Assembly (NCBI RefSeq): GCF_964213995.1
Contig: NC_135830.1
Coordinates: 5,766,001 to 5,830,000, forward strand
Origin: Mustelus asterias
Taxonomy: Eukaryota
Direction of reading: 5' to 3'
Length of the DNA stretch: 64,000 nt
This document shows, one piece after another, positions 39,401 to 52,510 of this stretch (position 1 is the stretch's first letter; each line of letters starts with the position of its first letter). Below the pieces are notes generated by a model. That model did no database searches. It worked only from the letters and a program-made list of their open reading frames with translations, and was not told the DNA's origin. A program made the position numbers and the translations under genes.

Positions 39401-41269
39401 GCATATACACATTCAGAAACATGCATTCTTAACACGTTTGCAGGTTATAATAAGGCATTTGGAGTAAAAGTGGAAATGAAAAAACATGACAATGTTATTC
39501 GATTGAAGCAAATGAATTACAGATGTCTGAATCTTTCCATTCAGGAATTTGAAGTTTATTGTTTGAGATTTAATTGGAACCCAATTACTTCACAATGTTC
39601 GAGGCAGGGAAAGTTTTGAATGATTGAAAACTGATTTTATTACGGAGTACAAATCAGCTAACAGGAAAAGTAACCGGCAATTAACAAAACAAAATATAAT
39701 ATTGGTGCTAATTAATTTAAAACAAAATACCTTGAATAATGCACGGGCGTGCAAAGTATCATCCGTTTCAGAGAATGTTTAATTGTATCGAAAATGAATT
39801 CAGAAACAAAACCTTTCCTTCATCAGCATTGCTTAGCTCGATAAGGTGTTTTACCTCGACTATTTTGTTGATTACATTTAATTAAGAAATTCGATCGAAT
39901 CAGGTAATGATTTTCAATGTAAATGTTTCTTGGTTTATTTAATCCTTACTGTGTCACTGTATCTCTGGCAGGAACATTGAACTGTCCTGAATCTGTTATT
40001 TTTGATTCCTAATTTTCAGCGAAATTACATTTTTACATAGTTTTCGAGAAGTGAGACAGACAGAGAGACATAATTAAAAATCGACAGGAGTTTTGAAATG
40101 AATATCAGTTTTATTTAAAAGAGGTCATTGATTTTCTGTTGTAAATTGATCATTGATCAATTAGATTCAAACAGTTTGAATTAAATTGACAGATTGAACA
40201 TACCGACCTGCTGGGAAGTCGATTGTTGCACGTTTGTGTCTTCTGTTTCTGCGCGCGTGGTCACCGTGTTGGGGCCAGGAAACTGCCTGACTGGCTGTAA
40301 ATCGTCTGGTTTATTCTCCTGTATTTCAGGGAGTTAAATTTGATTTATTTCTTCATACACTTGTATCTGTGAGTAATGTGACAGTTTGACTTGATGTTTG
40401 GCTCGGCGTCTCAGAAATGAGATCCCTAAAGCACACTGTGACCATCAGAGAGAGCAGAAACTTCAGATTGTAGAGGGAGATTTGGATGATTTTTAACCAG
40501 TGATGAACCGGCCTTGGGAATGTTCGATGAGCAAATGCAAAGTGAGATTTACTATATTATGCTCCGTAGTAAAGCAGTCCATGACCTGTTTGGTATGACA
40601 GTTGAAGGGTCAAATTTATTTGCACCTTATTTTTAATCTTCTAAAGCCATTTTAGAGTCATTTGCTCGGCCAGAAGTTTTAATCATCAATAATTGTTCCT
40701 TGAGAAAGTGTTGATATGAAGCATCCTTGAATAACTGCAATCCATATGCTGCAGGCATCCGCCGTGCTGTGAGGCGGAAGTTCCAGGATTTTGAGCCAGA
40801 AGGAACTGAGGTATTGTTTCAAGTCAGGATGGTGTGTGTCTTGGAGGGGAGCTTGCAGGTGGTAGTCTTCATATGTGGCTGCTGCCCTTATCCTGTTAGG
40901 ATATAAAGGCAACGGGTTTGGACAGTGTTTACTATGGAGCCTTGGTGAGTTGCTGCAGTGCATCTTGTATATAATACACACTGCTGTCACTGCTTGTTAG
41001 TGATGGAGAGAGCGAATAGGGTGAATGAGGGGGCGGATAATCTTGTGGGTGGCTTTGCCCTGGATTGTGTCAAATTTCTTGAGTTTTTACAGGTTTCCCT
41101 CATTGAGGAAAGGGGAAATTATTCAATTGCGACTGATTGCGAAAGATTTAAATGTTTTTCCAACCCTTGGCCCGCGCTCCATATTGTGCTCACTTGTCAC
41201 TCCCACTTACTGTGTGAATGGGTGAGTATGTGTGGAGTGAGTGTGCTTTTCCAGACTGAATCAGCCAAA

Positions 41270-42303
41270 TAGAGACTTATACACATCACACACTCTCACA
41301 CACATAAATACTCTCATATTCTCTCACACATGCACACACACACACATACATACTCACACTTACTTTCTCTCTCATACGGTCTCTCTTACACACCCATACA
41401 CATTCTCTCTCTCACGTTACACATACACTCTCTCAATACAAATACATACATCGTCTCGCTCTCTCCATCAATCTCTCACATCCCCATACACAAAAGCGCT
41501 CACATCCCCACACACCCACCCATTCTCTCTTATACACAGATACACACTCTCACATAAGCACAGTCTCACACTCTCGCGCACGCACTCTCACATGCACTCT
41601 CTCTCTTCCACTCTCTGTCACACACGCTCAAGCTGTCTCACATTTCTTCACACGCTCTCTCACAATTCCTCTTGCACACGCATCTCTCTCTCACACACAC
41701 ACGCACATATTTATATTTCTCTTGCGCACACTATCTCACACCTCTACATTCTTGCTCTCACACACTGGCTCTCTCACAAACACTCTCACAAACATAGAAC
41801 ATGCACACACTCTAACACACACTCTTACACAGAGACATGGTCTCTCACATAAGCACAGTCTCGCGCACACATTCGCTCTCTCACACACACACATGCACTA
41901 TCCCTCTCACATTCCCTCTTCCGTACACTCTCACTTCGTCTCACACACATTCCGATGCCCTCTCTCACTCATATGAACACTTGCACATGTATTCTCTCAC
42001 ACAGGCACATATTTCTCTCTCTTTCACACGCTCAGTCCCTTACACATTGTCTCACATGCACAATCTTGCTCTCAAACACTGTCTCTCACAAACACCCTCT
42101 CTTTCACACGCACACAATCTGTCACACAGTCTCTCCTTCTCTTACACACGGACACACATGTATATACAATGTATCTCTCTTTAAACACTCCACCTATCAC
42201 AGACACATGTTCTCTCAACAGTCATTTCACTCACACACACTCACGCATCCACTCTGTCTAAGTTTCACACTTTTTCTCGCTCACACACACTCTCCCCGCC
42301 CCT

Positions 42304-42373
<70 letters not shown>

Positions 42374-42941
42374 TCAAACACCCCACATTGCTTCTATCTC
42401 CCACACACATTGTACACATCTTTCGCACTCACACGCCATCCCACGCACAGTTTTACACACTGATGAACATATTATTTTGCTTTCCAATAGGCACTCCCTC
42501 TCACACACACTGTCTTTCACATGAACACAACTCTCCCACACACACACCCTCCCTCAAGCACACACACTCTCTTTCACAGACATCGTGTATCTCAAATAGA
42601 CACACTCCCTTGCACATCAACATACACACACTCACACACAGAAGTACTCTTTCACACAGACTCCCCACACACACACTCGACCCGCCCCTCCACACACATA
42701 CATTTTCAAGAAGAGACACACTGTCACACACAAAGAATAACTCTTCAAACACACATTCTGTCTCACACACACACATTATCTCACACATCCTTTCTCTCAC
42801 GCACACTCTCTCCTCTTGCACGCACAGCCCACTGTCTCACACACGTGCAAACGCATTCTATCATACACAGGCATCCTCACACACACATTCTCTCTCTCTC
42901 TCTCTCTCTCTATCTCTATCTCTCTCTCTCCCTCTATCACT
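41270..42941. repeat. CA/CT-rich low-complexity tract including (CA)n at ~42305-42367 and (CT)n
   Basis: Direct inspection; explains the His/Thr/Ser-rich spurious ORFs. Confidence 0.95.
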
Positions 42942-43084
42942 NNNNNNNNNNNNNNNNNNNNNNNNNNNNNNNNNNNNNNNNNNNNNNNNNNNNNNNNNNN
43001 NNNNNNNNNNNNNNNNNNNNNNNNNNNNNNNNNNNNNNNNNNNNNNNNNNNNNNNNNNNNNNNNNNNNNNNNNNNNNNNNNNNN
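42942..43084. other. Assembly gap (N run)
   Basis: 143 N. Confidence 1.
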
Positions 43085-43104
43085 CAGAGTGTCTGTCCTT
43101 GACA

Positions 43105-43421
43105 CCATAGAGTAGAATCATAGGATGCTACAGTGCAGAAGGAGGCCATTCAGCCCACCGAGTCTGCACCAATAGCAATCCCACCAAAGCCCTATCCCCA
43201 TAACCACATGTATCTACCCTAACTAGTCCCCCTGACACTAAGGGGCAATTTAGCACGGCCAATCCACCGAACCCACACATCTTTGGACTGTGGGAGGAAA
43301 CAGGCGCACCCGAAGGAAACCCAAACAGACACGGGGGGAACTTGCAAACTCCACACAGACAGTGACCCAAGTCGGGAATCCAACTCTGAGGCAGCAGCGC
43401 TAATCACTGTGCCACTGCCAC
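43105..43421 (-). mobile_element. V-type SINE with CR1-derived tail
   Basis: catag..tacagtgcagaaggaggccattcagccc..ccacacagacagtgacccaag..cactgtgccactgcc. Confidence 0.8.
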
Positions 43422-43999
43422 CGCCCCCCCCCCCCCACCCCACCCCGATACGCCCCCCACCCCGGTAGCATTTGAATGAGGGTGGGATCAAGGGGCCCGA
43501 GTAAAACGAGTCAATAAGAATCGGCGGGAAATTCTTCTCTGTTTGGAGTCATACTTAGCACAAAGCAACATGGTATTGGTGGTTGGAGGTCAAACATCTA
43601 AGTTCAGATTTCACTGCAGGATTTCGGCAGGGGATTGTTCTGGGACCAACAATCTTCTACTGCTTCAACAGTGACATTCCCTCCAACAAGGGGTCAGAAG
43701 TAGGAATTTCCATGTGTTAAACCGGACACTAAAACCCAAAAAATAAGAAGGGAATTGGCTGAGACCAAGGCCGCCTGGCTCCCCAATACTGGTTGATTCC
43801 TGTGCGACCCATCCTAGTTTTGCTCTCAGCTTCCCTGCAGATCCCTCAGTCTGACTATTTGTTCACTGGTACGTGTTTCTTGAAGAAAGACACCGACATT
43901 AAAGCAGCTGCCCGGTGATTTACACATCCCTGTTACTGAAAGCTGATCAATGTGGAGAATCGGGAAAAGATCGATGGAGAGGAAGAGGGGGAAGTGGCC

Positions 44000-45535
44000 C
44001 ACTGACTCTCTCACCCTCACCCACACTTCCTCACTCACCCTCAAACTCTCATCCTCACTCAAAAAACTTGACTCACTCACCCTCACTTACCCACCTTCCC
44101 TCGCTGACACACTCTCACTCATTCATCCCAACTCACTCATCCCAACTCACTCATCCCAACTCACTCACCCTCGCTCACTCATCCACCCTCACACACTCAA
44201 TTTCACACACTCAACCTCACACACTCAACTTCACACACTCAATTTCACGCACTCAATTTCACGCACTCAATCTCAGAAACTCACTGACCCTCATTCACCC
44301 TGAGTCACTCACCCTCACACCCTCACTCACTCAAAATCACTCACACACATTCGCTCTCTCACTCTCGCCCATCCTCACTCACTCACCCTCATTCACTCAC
44401 ATTCACACCCTCATTCACTCACCAGCACTCACTCACTCAGTCACACTCACTCGCCCTCACACACCCTCATTCACTCACTGTCACTCAGTCACCCACACTC
44501 ACACGCTATCACTCACTCAACCTCACTCACTAACCCTCAGTCACTCACTCAGAGCCTCAGTCACTCACCAACACTCATAGTCACCTTCGTTCACTCATCC
44601 CACTAACCCAGCCTCACTCACCCACTCTCACTCACTCAGTCCACTTACCCACCCTCACTCATCCAGTCTCAATCTCTCTCACTCACCCTCACTCACTCTC
44701 CCCACTTACCCACCCTCACTCACCCAGACGTTGCCCCACACACTCAAGCTCAATTACCCTCTCTCTCTCACGTACGCCACCTGACCCATTCAAACTCACT
44801 GAGACTCACGCACCTACATTCACTCACACACCCTCACATATTCACCATCACTCACGTTCACCCACCCTAACTCACAGATCCTCAATCACTCATCCTCAGT
44901 CAAACACCTTTACTCACTCACCTTCACTCATCCACCCATCCGCATTCATTCTCCCTCACACACTCTCACACACCACCCTCAATAACCCCCCCCCAGCTCA
45001 CTCACTCTCTCACCCTCACTTACTAAGTCACATTCACTCCTCACCCTCATTCACTCGCTCTCACTCACCCACCTTCAGTAACCTTCACGCATCCTCACTC
45101 ACTCACCCTCATTCATTCTCTCTTACCGACACTCACTCACCCACCTTCACTCACACATTCAGCCACCTTCACTCACCCACCCTCTCTCACACACCCTCAT
45201 TTACTCACGCTCTCTCACCCTCACTTACTAAGTCACATTCACTCCTCACCCTCATTCACTCGCTCTCACTCACCCACCTTCACTAACCTTCACGCATCCT
45301 CACTCACTCACCCTCATTCATTCTCTCTTACCGACACTCACTCACCCACCTTCACTCACACATTCAGCCACCTTCACTCACTCACCCTCAATCACTCATC
45401 CTCACTGAAAGAACTTCACTCACTCACCCTCACTTACCCACCTTCCGTCACTCACACGCCATCACTCATCCACTCTCACTCCTTCAATCACTCACCCTCA
45501 CGCACTCACATTCTCTCACTCACACTCGCTAAACC
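44000..45535. repeat. C-rich (CACT/CACCCT)n degenerate repeat with an internal 205-bp-period direct duplication
   Basis: tactaagtcacattcactcc at 45021 and 45226, with ~175 bp near-identical around each. Confidence 0.9.
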
Positions 45536-45661
45536 TGTGTGTGGAGGTCTGCAACGAGAGAGAAGAAAGATCTCAAGCGGCAGTTTGGTGTTCAAATGTG
45601 GGAGCTGCCCTGCGAATGCGGAGAGCTGGGGGGAATCCCTGGGGGCTCAGGGCCAAGGACA

Positions 45662-46212
45662 ATGGCAAAGAGCCAGGGAGAACAGGAGGCGTGCTAAAGG
45701 GCAGAGAGCCGGGGGGGAAGGGCAGAGAGCCCGGGGAATGGGCCCACAGCCGGGCAACAGGGCTGAGAGCCGGGAAAGGGCAGAGAGTCAGGAGAAAGCG
45801 CAGAGAGCCAGAAGAAAGGGCAGAGAGCTAATAGAAAGGGCAGGGAGCCAGGTGAAAGGGCAGAGAACCAGGAGAAAGGACAGAGAGACCAGGGAAAGAG
45901 GAGAGAGCCAGGATAAAGGGCAGGGAGGCCGGGGAAAGGACAGAGAGCCGAGGAAAAGTACAAGAGAGCCCAGAGGAAAGGGCAGAGAGTCAAGGGGAAA
46001 GGCAGGGAGTCAGGGGGAAAGGGCAGAGAGCCAGAGGAAAGGGTAGGGAGCTGAGGGAAAGGGCAGGGAGCCGGGGGAGAGGGGACAGAGTTGGAGGGAA
46101 GTGTAGAGAGCCAGGTGGAAGTGCGGAGAGCCGGGTGAAAGGGGAAAAGAGCCAGAGGGAATAGCAGAGAGCCAGGGGAAAGCGCAGAGAGTCGGGGAAA
46201 ATGGGCAGAGAG
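45662..46212 (+). repeat. Purine/G-rich ~20-bp tandem repeat (gggcagagagccaggggaaa)
   Basis: About 25 degenerate units; almost no T on the top strand. Confidence 0.92.
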
Positions 46213-46539
46213 TGGGTGATCGACGGGCGGAGTGAGGATGTGCAAAATAGAGCTAGCACCACAACCAGATCATCTGTAATCTCAGTGAATAATGGAGGAG
46301 ACGTCAGGGCCCGAATGGCCAACTCTTGCTATTAATGTATGACCCTTCAATTAGTCAATGTTGCAATTATTTGAATTTGTAATCACATTTAGAGTTTCCT
46401 GGTCATTCAGTAAGTATTCATTCCGAAGGTAGTTTTGAAGCAAAGTCACCAATCTTCGTTTTGTGGAGTGAGGGGCAGTGAGTTGGAGAGAGGAAGGGGC
46501 ATCAGTTAGTTTGTACACAGGCAATAGCCAAAACTACAA

Positions 46540-46660
46540 TGTGGATATGCCGACGCTAGGTTGGGGTGGGCACAGTAAGGAGTCTGACAACACCAGGTTG
46601 AACTCCAACAGGCTTATTTGGAATCGTGAGCTTTTGGAGCTCTTTCATCAGGCGAGTGGC
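46540..46660 (-). mobile_element. Penelope-like mini-element (antisense copy)
   Basis: Reverse complement of the 53090-53218 element; ttcatcagg corresponds to the CUGAUGA core. Confidence 0.7.
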
Positions 46661-47191
46661 TGATATGAATGAAGAGACAACTTCTTCATCACAAAGTGCT
46701 GTTGTTTGAGAAATAGGTAGTGCCTGAAGTAATGGAGAAACTCTTTACACTTCTCTGTTAATCCAGTGAATGGTATGTCATTACGATGACATCAAAATGT
46801 TTTTTCTCTTTCCAATCTGATAGAGGTGGAGACAGTGATGTGAGTTTCTCCAAAGATGGCGATTCCCAAATGATAGGAGTAACAGAAGCTCAAAGGTGTG
46901 CGTAGGTCTTAATCGGGAAATATTAACTTAAGTTCATAATTCTAGTCAAATTGTGACGTTCAAACATAGAAAATAGAAGCAAGAGGAGGCTCTTCGGCCC
47001 TTTGACCCTGCTCTACCATTCACTTTGATTACGGCTCATCAATATCCTGAGCCCGCCTACTACCCATATCCACTGATCCCTTTAGCCCCAAGAGTTATAC
47101 CTAATATAGAAACATACTTGTATAAATATGTTTGATTAATTAATAAACGCAGGTAAGAGTCTAACTTGTTGAATCGACTATTCTTTCCCAG

Positions 47192-47491
47192 CGACACCGT
47201 CTCCGCCCACTCTCTACAGCCTCGTCTCTTCCTGTCAGCAACACAACTCCGCTGGCTCCATCACCTACGGCTGTTTGGCGATGGACTACTCTCCAGATGT
47301 CTCCAAACTGACCTGGAAGAAAAATGGGCAGCTGATCGACACTGGATTTAAGACTTATCCATCAGTGAGAAACGCGAAGGGAACCTACACCTTGAGCAGC
47401 CAGTTAACCATCACCCAGTCAGAGGGAGAGTGCAGCAAAATCAAGTGTGAGGTTCGACACAGCAGCTCGGTCAAGAGCATTGGAATGCAAT
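47192..47491 (+). CDS. IGHM: IgM Cmu1 exon
   Basis: [46 protein letters not shown]; ccag acceptor, gtaagt donor, 300 nt. Confidence 0.96.
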
Positions 47492-47634
47492 GTAAGTGTT
47501 GTGGAACTTGGGCAAGACAGGAACGCTCTGATTGAACTGTATAAGGCTTTAGTTATAACTGATATGTAGCACTCTGAAAAATTGAATTATGCAAAATCCA
47601 GGTAAGTGCCTCCTGACTGAAAAGTTGCTCAGAA

Positions 47635-48390
47635 CCAAAGAACAACAGAAATGTTACTGTGCAGCATGAGGCCATTTAGCCCATCATGTCTGTGCTGGCC
47701 AAAAGGGAGAACAAATAAACGAGCCTGACAAAGTAAGCCTATTTTCCAGCCCTTGCTCCGTAGCATTTCAGCTTAAAGCACTTGAGATGCAGACCCAGAT
47801 ACCTTTTAAATGACCATGCTCCCTGGTAATTGAGCCCTCCACTTGGGGAATGAATTATTTCTGCCTACGTCCCTTATTATTTTGTGAACCACAATTATGT
47901 CACGCCTCAGCCTCCTCTTTTCCTAAAGAGAACAAACCCTGCCTATCCAATCTCGCCTCATGGCGGGAATTTTCAGTCCCTGGCAACATTCTTGTAAACC
48001 TCATCTCTCTCCAGAGTCATTACGTTATTCCTGCAACGTGGTGACCAGAACTGTACAGCAAACTCCAAACGTGGCCTAACTCGGTTTTATGCAGCTCCAT
48101 CATTGTATCACTGTTTTTGCATTCAATATCTCACATAACAGAGGAACTAATCCGATATGCTTTCTTGATCAACTTTTCCAGCTGCCCTACCATCTACAAG
48201 GACCTGTGGACGTGCACTCTAAGGTCTTGCATTTCCTCAATCCCTCTTAACATTCCAGTTTATTGCCTTGCTTTGTTTTCCCTCCCCAAATGCATTGTGT
48301 GGCACTTTTGACGGTTGAATTCCATTCGCCATTTCCCTGCCAATTCAACCAAACCATGGATATAATTCTCAAATCGGCAGCTATGGTGCT
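47635..48390 (-). mobile_element. Decayed CR1 3' fragment in the Cmu1-Cmu2 intron
   Basis: Matches the minus-strand CR1 at 21561-22450 (ggcaacattcttgtaaacc, tgaccagaactgtaca, ttgaattccatt.gcca). Confidence 0.75.
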
Positions 48391-48462
48391 CAAATAAAAG
48401 AACTAATTTTAATTGATGTCAATTGAATCTTCAAGTAACGTCTGAACATTTGTTTGTTGAAG

Positions 48463-48774
48463 GCCCACGCGTTCTCCCCCCAACCGTTATCCTCACCGTG
48501 AGTTCCAGTGAAGAAATCACCAGCAGAAAATTTGCAACCATCGTCTGTTCAATCATGGATTTCCAGCCAAAGTCAATGACGGTGGAGTGGCTGAAGAATG
48601 GACAACCCATGGATTCAGGAATTATCACCTCTCCCGCCTGTGAAGTGAACGGGAACTTCTCGGCCAGCAGTCGGCTGACAGTCTCCGCTCAGGAATGGTT
48701 CAGTAAAGTGGTCTATACCTGCCAGGTCACTCATCAAGGATTCACTCAGAGTCAGAACATCAGCGGATCTCTGG
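48463..48774 (+). CDS. IGHM: IgM Cmu2 exon
   Basis: [50 protein letters not shown]; 312 nt, phase 1. Confidence 0.96.
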
Positions 48775-49694
48775 GTAAGAGACTCAAACCGACGATAAAA
48801 TATATAATTTCGATGTTAATCGAAATTAGGGATCTATTAAAGTTAGTACAAAGATAGAACAACTTCTAATTTGCTGTCATGTGGTTTGCTGCATTAGGAC
48901 AGTGCTCCATTCAGAATTTCATCACAACAGCAATTTTTGTTATTCCTTCATGAGACGTGCATTTATTTCCCATCCCTGAGGGCACTTAAGTGTCAACCAC
49001 ATTGCTGTGGATCTGGAGTCACATGCATGCCAGGCCAGATAAAGACAGCAGATTTACTTTTCTAAAGGGCATTCGTGAACCAGGTGGGTTTTTACAACAA
49101 CGGCTTCATGATGATCATTTGACTTTTAATGATAGATTTTTACTAAATTCAAATTTCACCATCTGCAGTGGTGAGATTCGAATCTGTGTCCCCAGAGTCG
49201 TGCCCTGGGTTACAAGACCATTGGCAACACCACCATGCCACTGCCTCCCCTTGAAATAGTGTTCCCTTCCATTTTGAAGTAACATAGTAAGCAAGGTGGT
49301 CTTGATGTCAGCTTTTTCCTGAGACAGCTGGTAAGATTTGGAGAGACAGTCGGTGTCGGACTGTTTCACAGTTCACAGCATAGGGGTAAAACATTGGGAA
49401 GTGCATCCACCCTACTTATAAACTAACTGCCAGTACTTGGTTCCTGAGTTCAGGAATGGTATATTTGTTGGGGAATACTGCAATGTTGATTCATGAGAAT
49501 GATACCGCTGCTAAAATACTTGAACAAAAAGAGAATAATTTCACAGAGCAGGCTGGTTTTCCATCCTCCATAGAGGTTGAAAGGTGATAGTTAGAGGTTG
49601 ATATATCGAAGGCAACTTCGTCTCCTTCAGGCTGAAGACTGCTGTCCTGCTTCTGAAGAGGGAACTAGGGTTGATTTTCATTTGTCATTCACAG

Positions 49695-50003
49695 ATCCTC
49701 CCCAGTGCCCTGATACCACAGTGACGATACAGCCACCACCAATAGAACAGGTCTTACTGGAGGCGACCGTGACCTTAACCTGCATCATTTCTAATGCTCC
49801 TTATGGAGTCAACGTGTCCTGGATCCGAGACAGGAAGTATTTGAAATCAGAGATTGCCGAAAAGCCAGGAGCGGATCCTGACAGCGTGGTCAGCAACTTA
49901 AACATCTCGACACAAGCCTGGCTGAGTGCGGCTGTGTTTGACTGCGTGGTGAGCCATCAGGATCTGCCGACTCCTTTAAGAAAATCCATCCACAAGGAAA
50001 CAG
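49695..50003 (+). CDS. IGHM: IgM Cmu3 exon
   Basis: [45 protein letters not shown]; 309 nt. Confidence 0.96.
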
Positions 50004-50504
50004 GTGAGCTGAGAGATTGAAGCAATAAATGTGTCACTGTGTCTATTTCCAGTGTAAGTGTACTGGTCAATATTCAGCATTCAGTGCATTAATGGTCTCC
50101 CCTGAGTGGAAACTCCACTAACTAAAAACTGGGGGTTGTAGATATTTTTACGGGGAAATTTGATGTGTTGATGAATGAAAAGTGAACTGAAGGCGACGTT
50201 ATTGGGTTTAGATCGAATAACGAGGGAGGAGCCTGATGTGGAGCATAAAAACCAGAAAACCAAAAATAAAGCAGATCAGTTGGGCCGAATAGCCTGATTC
50301 TGTGCTGTAAAATTTCTGAAACTTCCCAGTCCAGCCCCCTGAGTTATTTGAGAAAATAATTGTGTTCACCTCTCCTCCAAACTGGAAGTCAAAAATGGAA
50401 ACATTTAAAATCGAAACGAAGCACATTTTTCTGATATCGAGCCAGTGGTTACATTCTCTCCGGAATTCTCCAGTTTATTGACATTTATTGTACATTTTCT
50501 GCAG

Positions 50505-50896
50505 ATCCAAATCCGCGGGAACCGTTCGTCTCTGTCCTCCTGCCCTCGGCAGAAGAAGTCTCCGCTCAGAGATTCGTCTCCCTCAGCTGCTTAGTGAGAC
50601 GTTTCTCCCCTCGAGAGATCTTCGTCAAGTGGACCGTCAACGACAAGCCGGTGAATCCTGGGAACTATAAGAACACCGAGGTGGTCGCGGAGAGCGGGAA
50701 TAGCTCCTTCTTCATGTACAGCCTGTTATCCATTGCAGCAGAGGAATGGTCCAGCGGCGCTTCTTACTCCTGTGTGGTGGGACATGAAGCCATCCCCTTG
50801 AAGATCATCAACAGAACAGTTGACAAATCCAGCGGTAAACCCAGTTTTGTGAACATTTCCCTTGCACTGATGGACACCGTTAATTCATGTCAATGA
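50505..50896 (+). CDS. IGHM: IgM Cmu4 exon plus secretory tailpiece
   Basis: [64 protein letters not shown]; internal donor AGCG/gtaaac after 50834 for the membrane form; tail has an NIS glycan site and penultimate Cys. Confidence 0.97.
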
Positions 50897-50923
50897 GAAT
50901 CACTTGGTTACATTAAAATCTTC

Positions 50924-50938
50924 AATAAAAATAATAAA
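50924..50938 (+). terminator. Secretory-form polyadenylation signals
   Basis: AATAAA at 50924-50929 and 50933-50938. Confidence 0.8.
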
Positions 50939-51989
50939 ATCATTTTCCTCTAACGACAAATGAAATACCCAAACGCTTAATTGATTGGTTTTCAATTTTA
51001 CTTCCACTATGTATCTTTGGTTTGAGTCAGGTATTTTCACGTCTCGGGCCCAAGCCTTGTTGAACCAGTGCGCCCAGCTCAGATACACCCTGTGTTAGAG
51101 ACAGAGTAGAGCACATTCATTACAGGATTCTGCAAAATATCTTCACCGACTTTCCTCCCTGAGGAAAACTCCGACAATTTCAACATTTCTGACTAACGAA
51201 CACAACATTTAGATCTCGGTGTTCCTGCTTCTCTCGTTGTCCATGCCTTTACCATTGATGTCATATTTAAGCTGCTGCACCACACCCACTGGGAACTGAA
51301 GTGAGGGTCACACAGAAACATGGGGCAACAATCCCCCCATCAGAGAGAGGGGAGAGTGAAATTGTTAACATACCAGATTCCTACTCACCCAACAAAGAGA
51401 GGGGAGGAGCAGTAGCTAACCCATGTACCACCACTTCCTCAATGAAAAGAGGAGGAATGTCATTATTTAATCCACTCACCTCCATCTCGTCACTGGTTAG
51501 AACCATCAGGCACATTGCTTCACCGGGTAGAGAGAGAAATTATGAGCTCACTCCCTCCCTCTTCGCAAGTGACGTGTTTGGAAGGGACCAGCTCTCTACT
51601 AGAAGAACCCAGTTGCCAACAGTACAAATTAGCTTCTGGTTTATTTGCTGCAGAGTTTGAAGTATCATTACCGTAATCAATGTGATGCATATACACTTAT
51701 GCAACATAATTTTAAAATGTTTCTGCACTCTTGTTCCTGTTAGTCATGTCCTGGTATTGATTTCCCATAATGCAAATTGAAACAAATGATTGAATCCTCC
51801 CCGGTTTTTACTGTTCTGTCCCTGATGTTTCTGAGATGCATCAATGAATGATTTCATTCGTTCTCCTGATATCACCGTGCCACTCACATAAACTACATTC
51901 ATACAGCAAAACATTGAAAATATGCTCCATTATTCGTATTGTTTGGATCATTTTCAGTTAATGATTGCGGTGAAACATGGAGCAACAGC

Positions 51990-52478
51990 TAAAAAATACA
52001 CACACCGACAATACTCCACAAAACTGTCACAATTATAAATACACACATAAGCGCACACACACACACACTCACACACATACACACACACACACACACATCG
52101 ACACAAATGCACAACTACACACACAAATACACATACTCACACATATGCACACAAATACAGAAAGACACATGTAAATATACACACACAAACGCATGCACAT
52201 ACCCCCACACACATACATATACAGAAATAGGGACAGGCACATTCAAATACAGACACAGAAACACACAAATACACAACAGATACACTTTCACACACCATAG
52301 GTACACTCAATACTTGCACAGACGAACACACATGCAGAGAAACAAGAATGCACACACAAATGCACTCATGGGCAAAACATGCACAAACAGAAATACACAC
52401 TTACACAAATACACCCACACAAAAATACACCCATACACAAACACATCCGTACACAAATATACACAGGGACACACCCAT

Positions 52479-52510
<32 letters not shown>

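Noticed and set aside
40434-40440. CACTGTG in the J-C intron as an extra J/D signal
   Set aside because: No nonamer at the proper spacing and no WGxG coding sequence follows.
41241-45535. Long His/Thr/Ser/Leu-rich ORFs (up to 240 aa)
   Set aside because: Artefacts of CA/CT low-complexity DNA and an N gap; the same applies to 51977-53259.
45537-46245. Arg/Gly/Glu-rich and Pro/Leu-rich ORFs
   Set aside because: Translations of the 20-bp purine tandem repeat.
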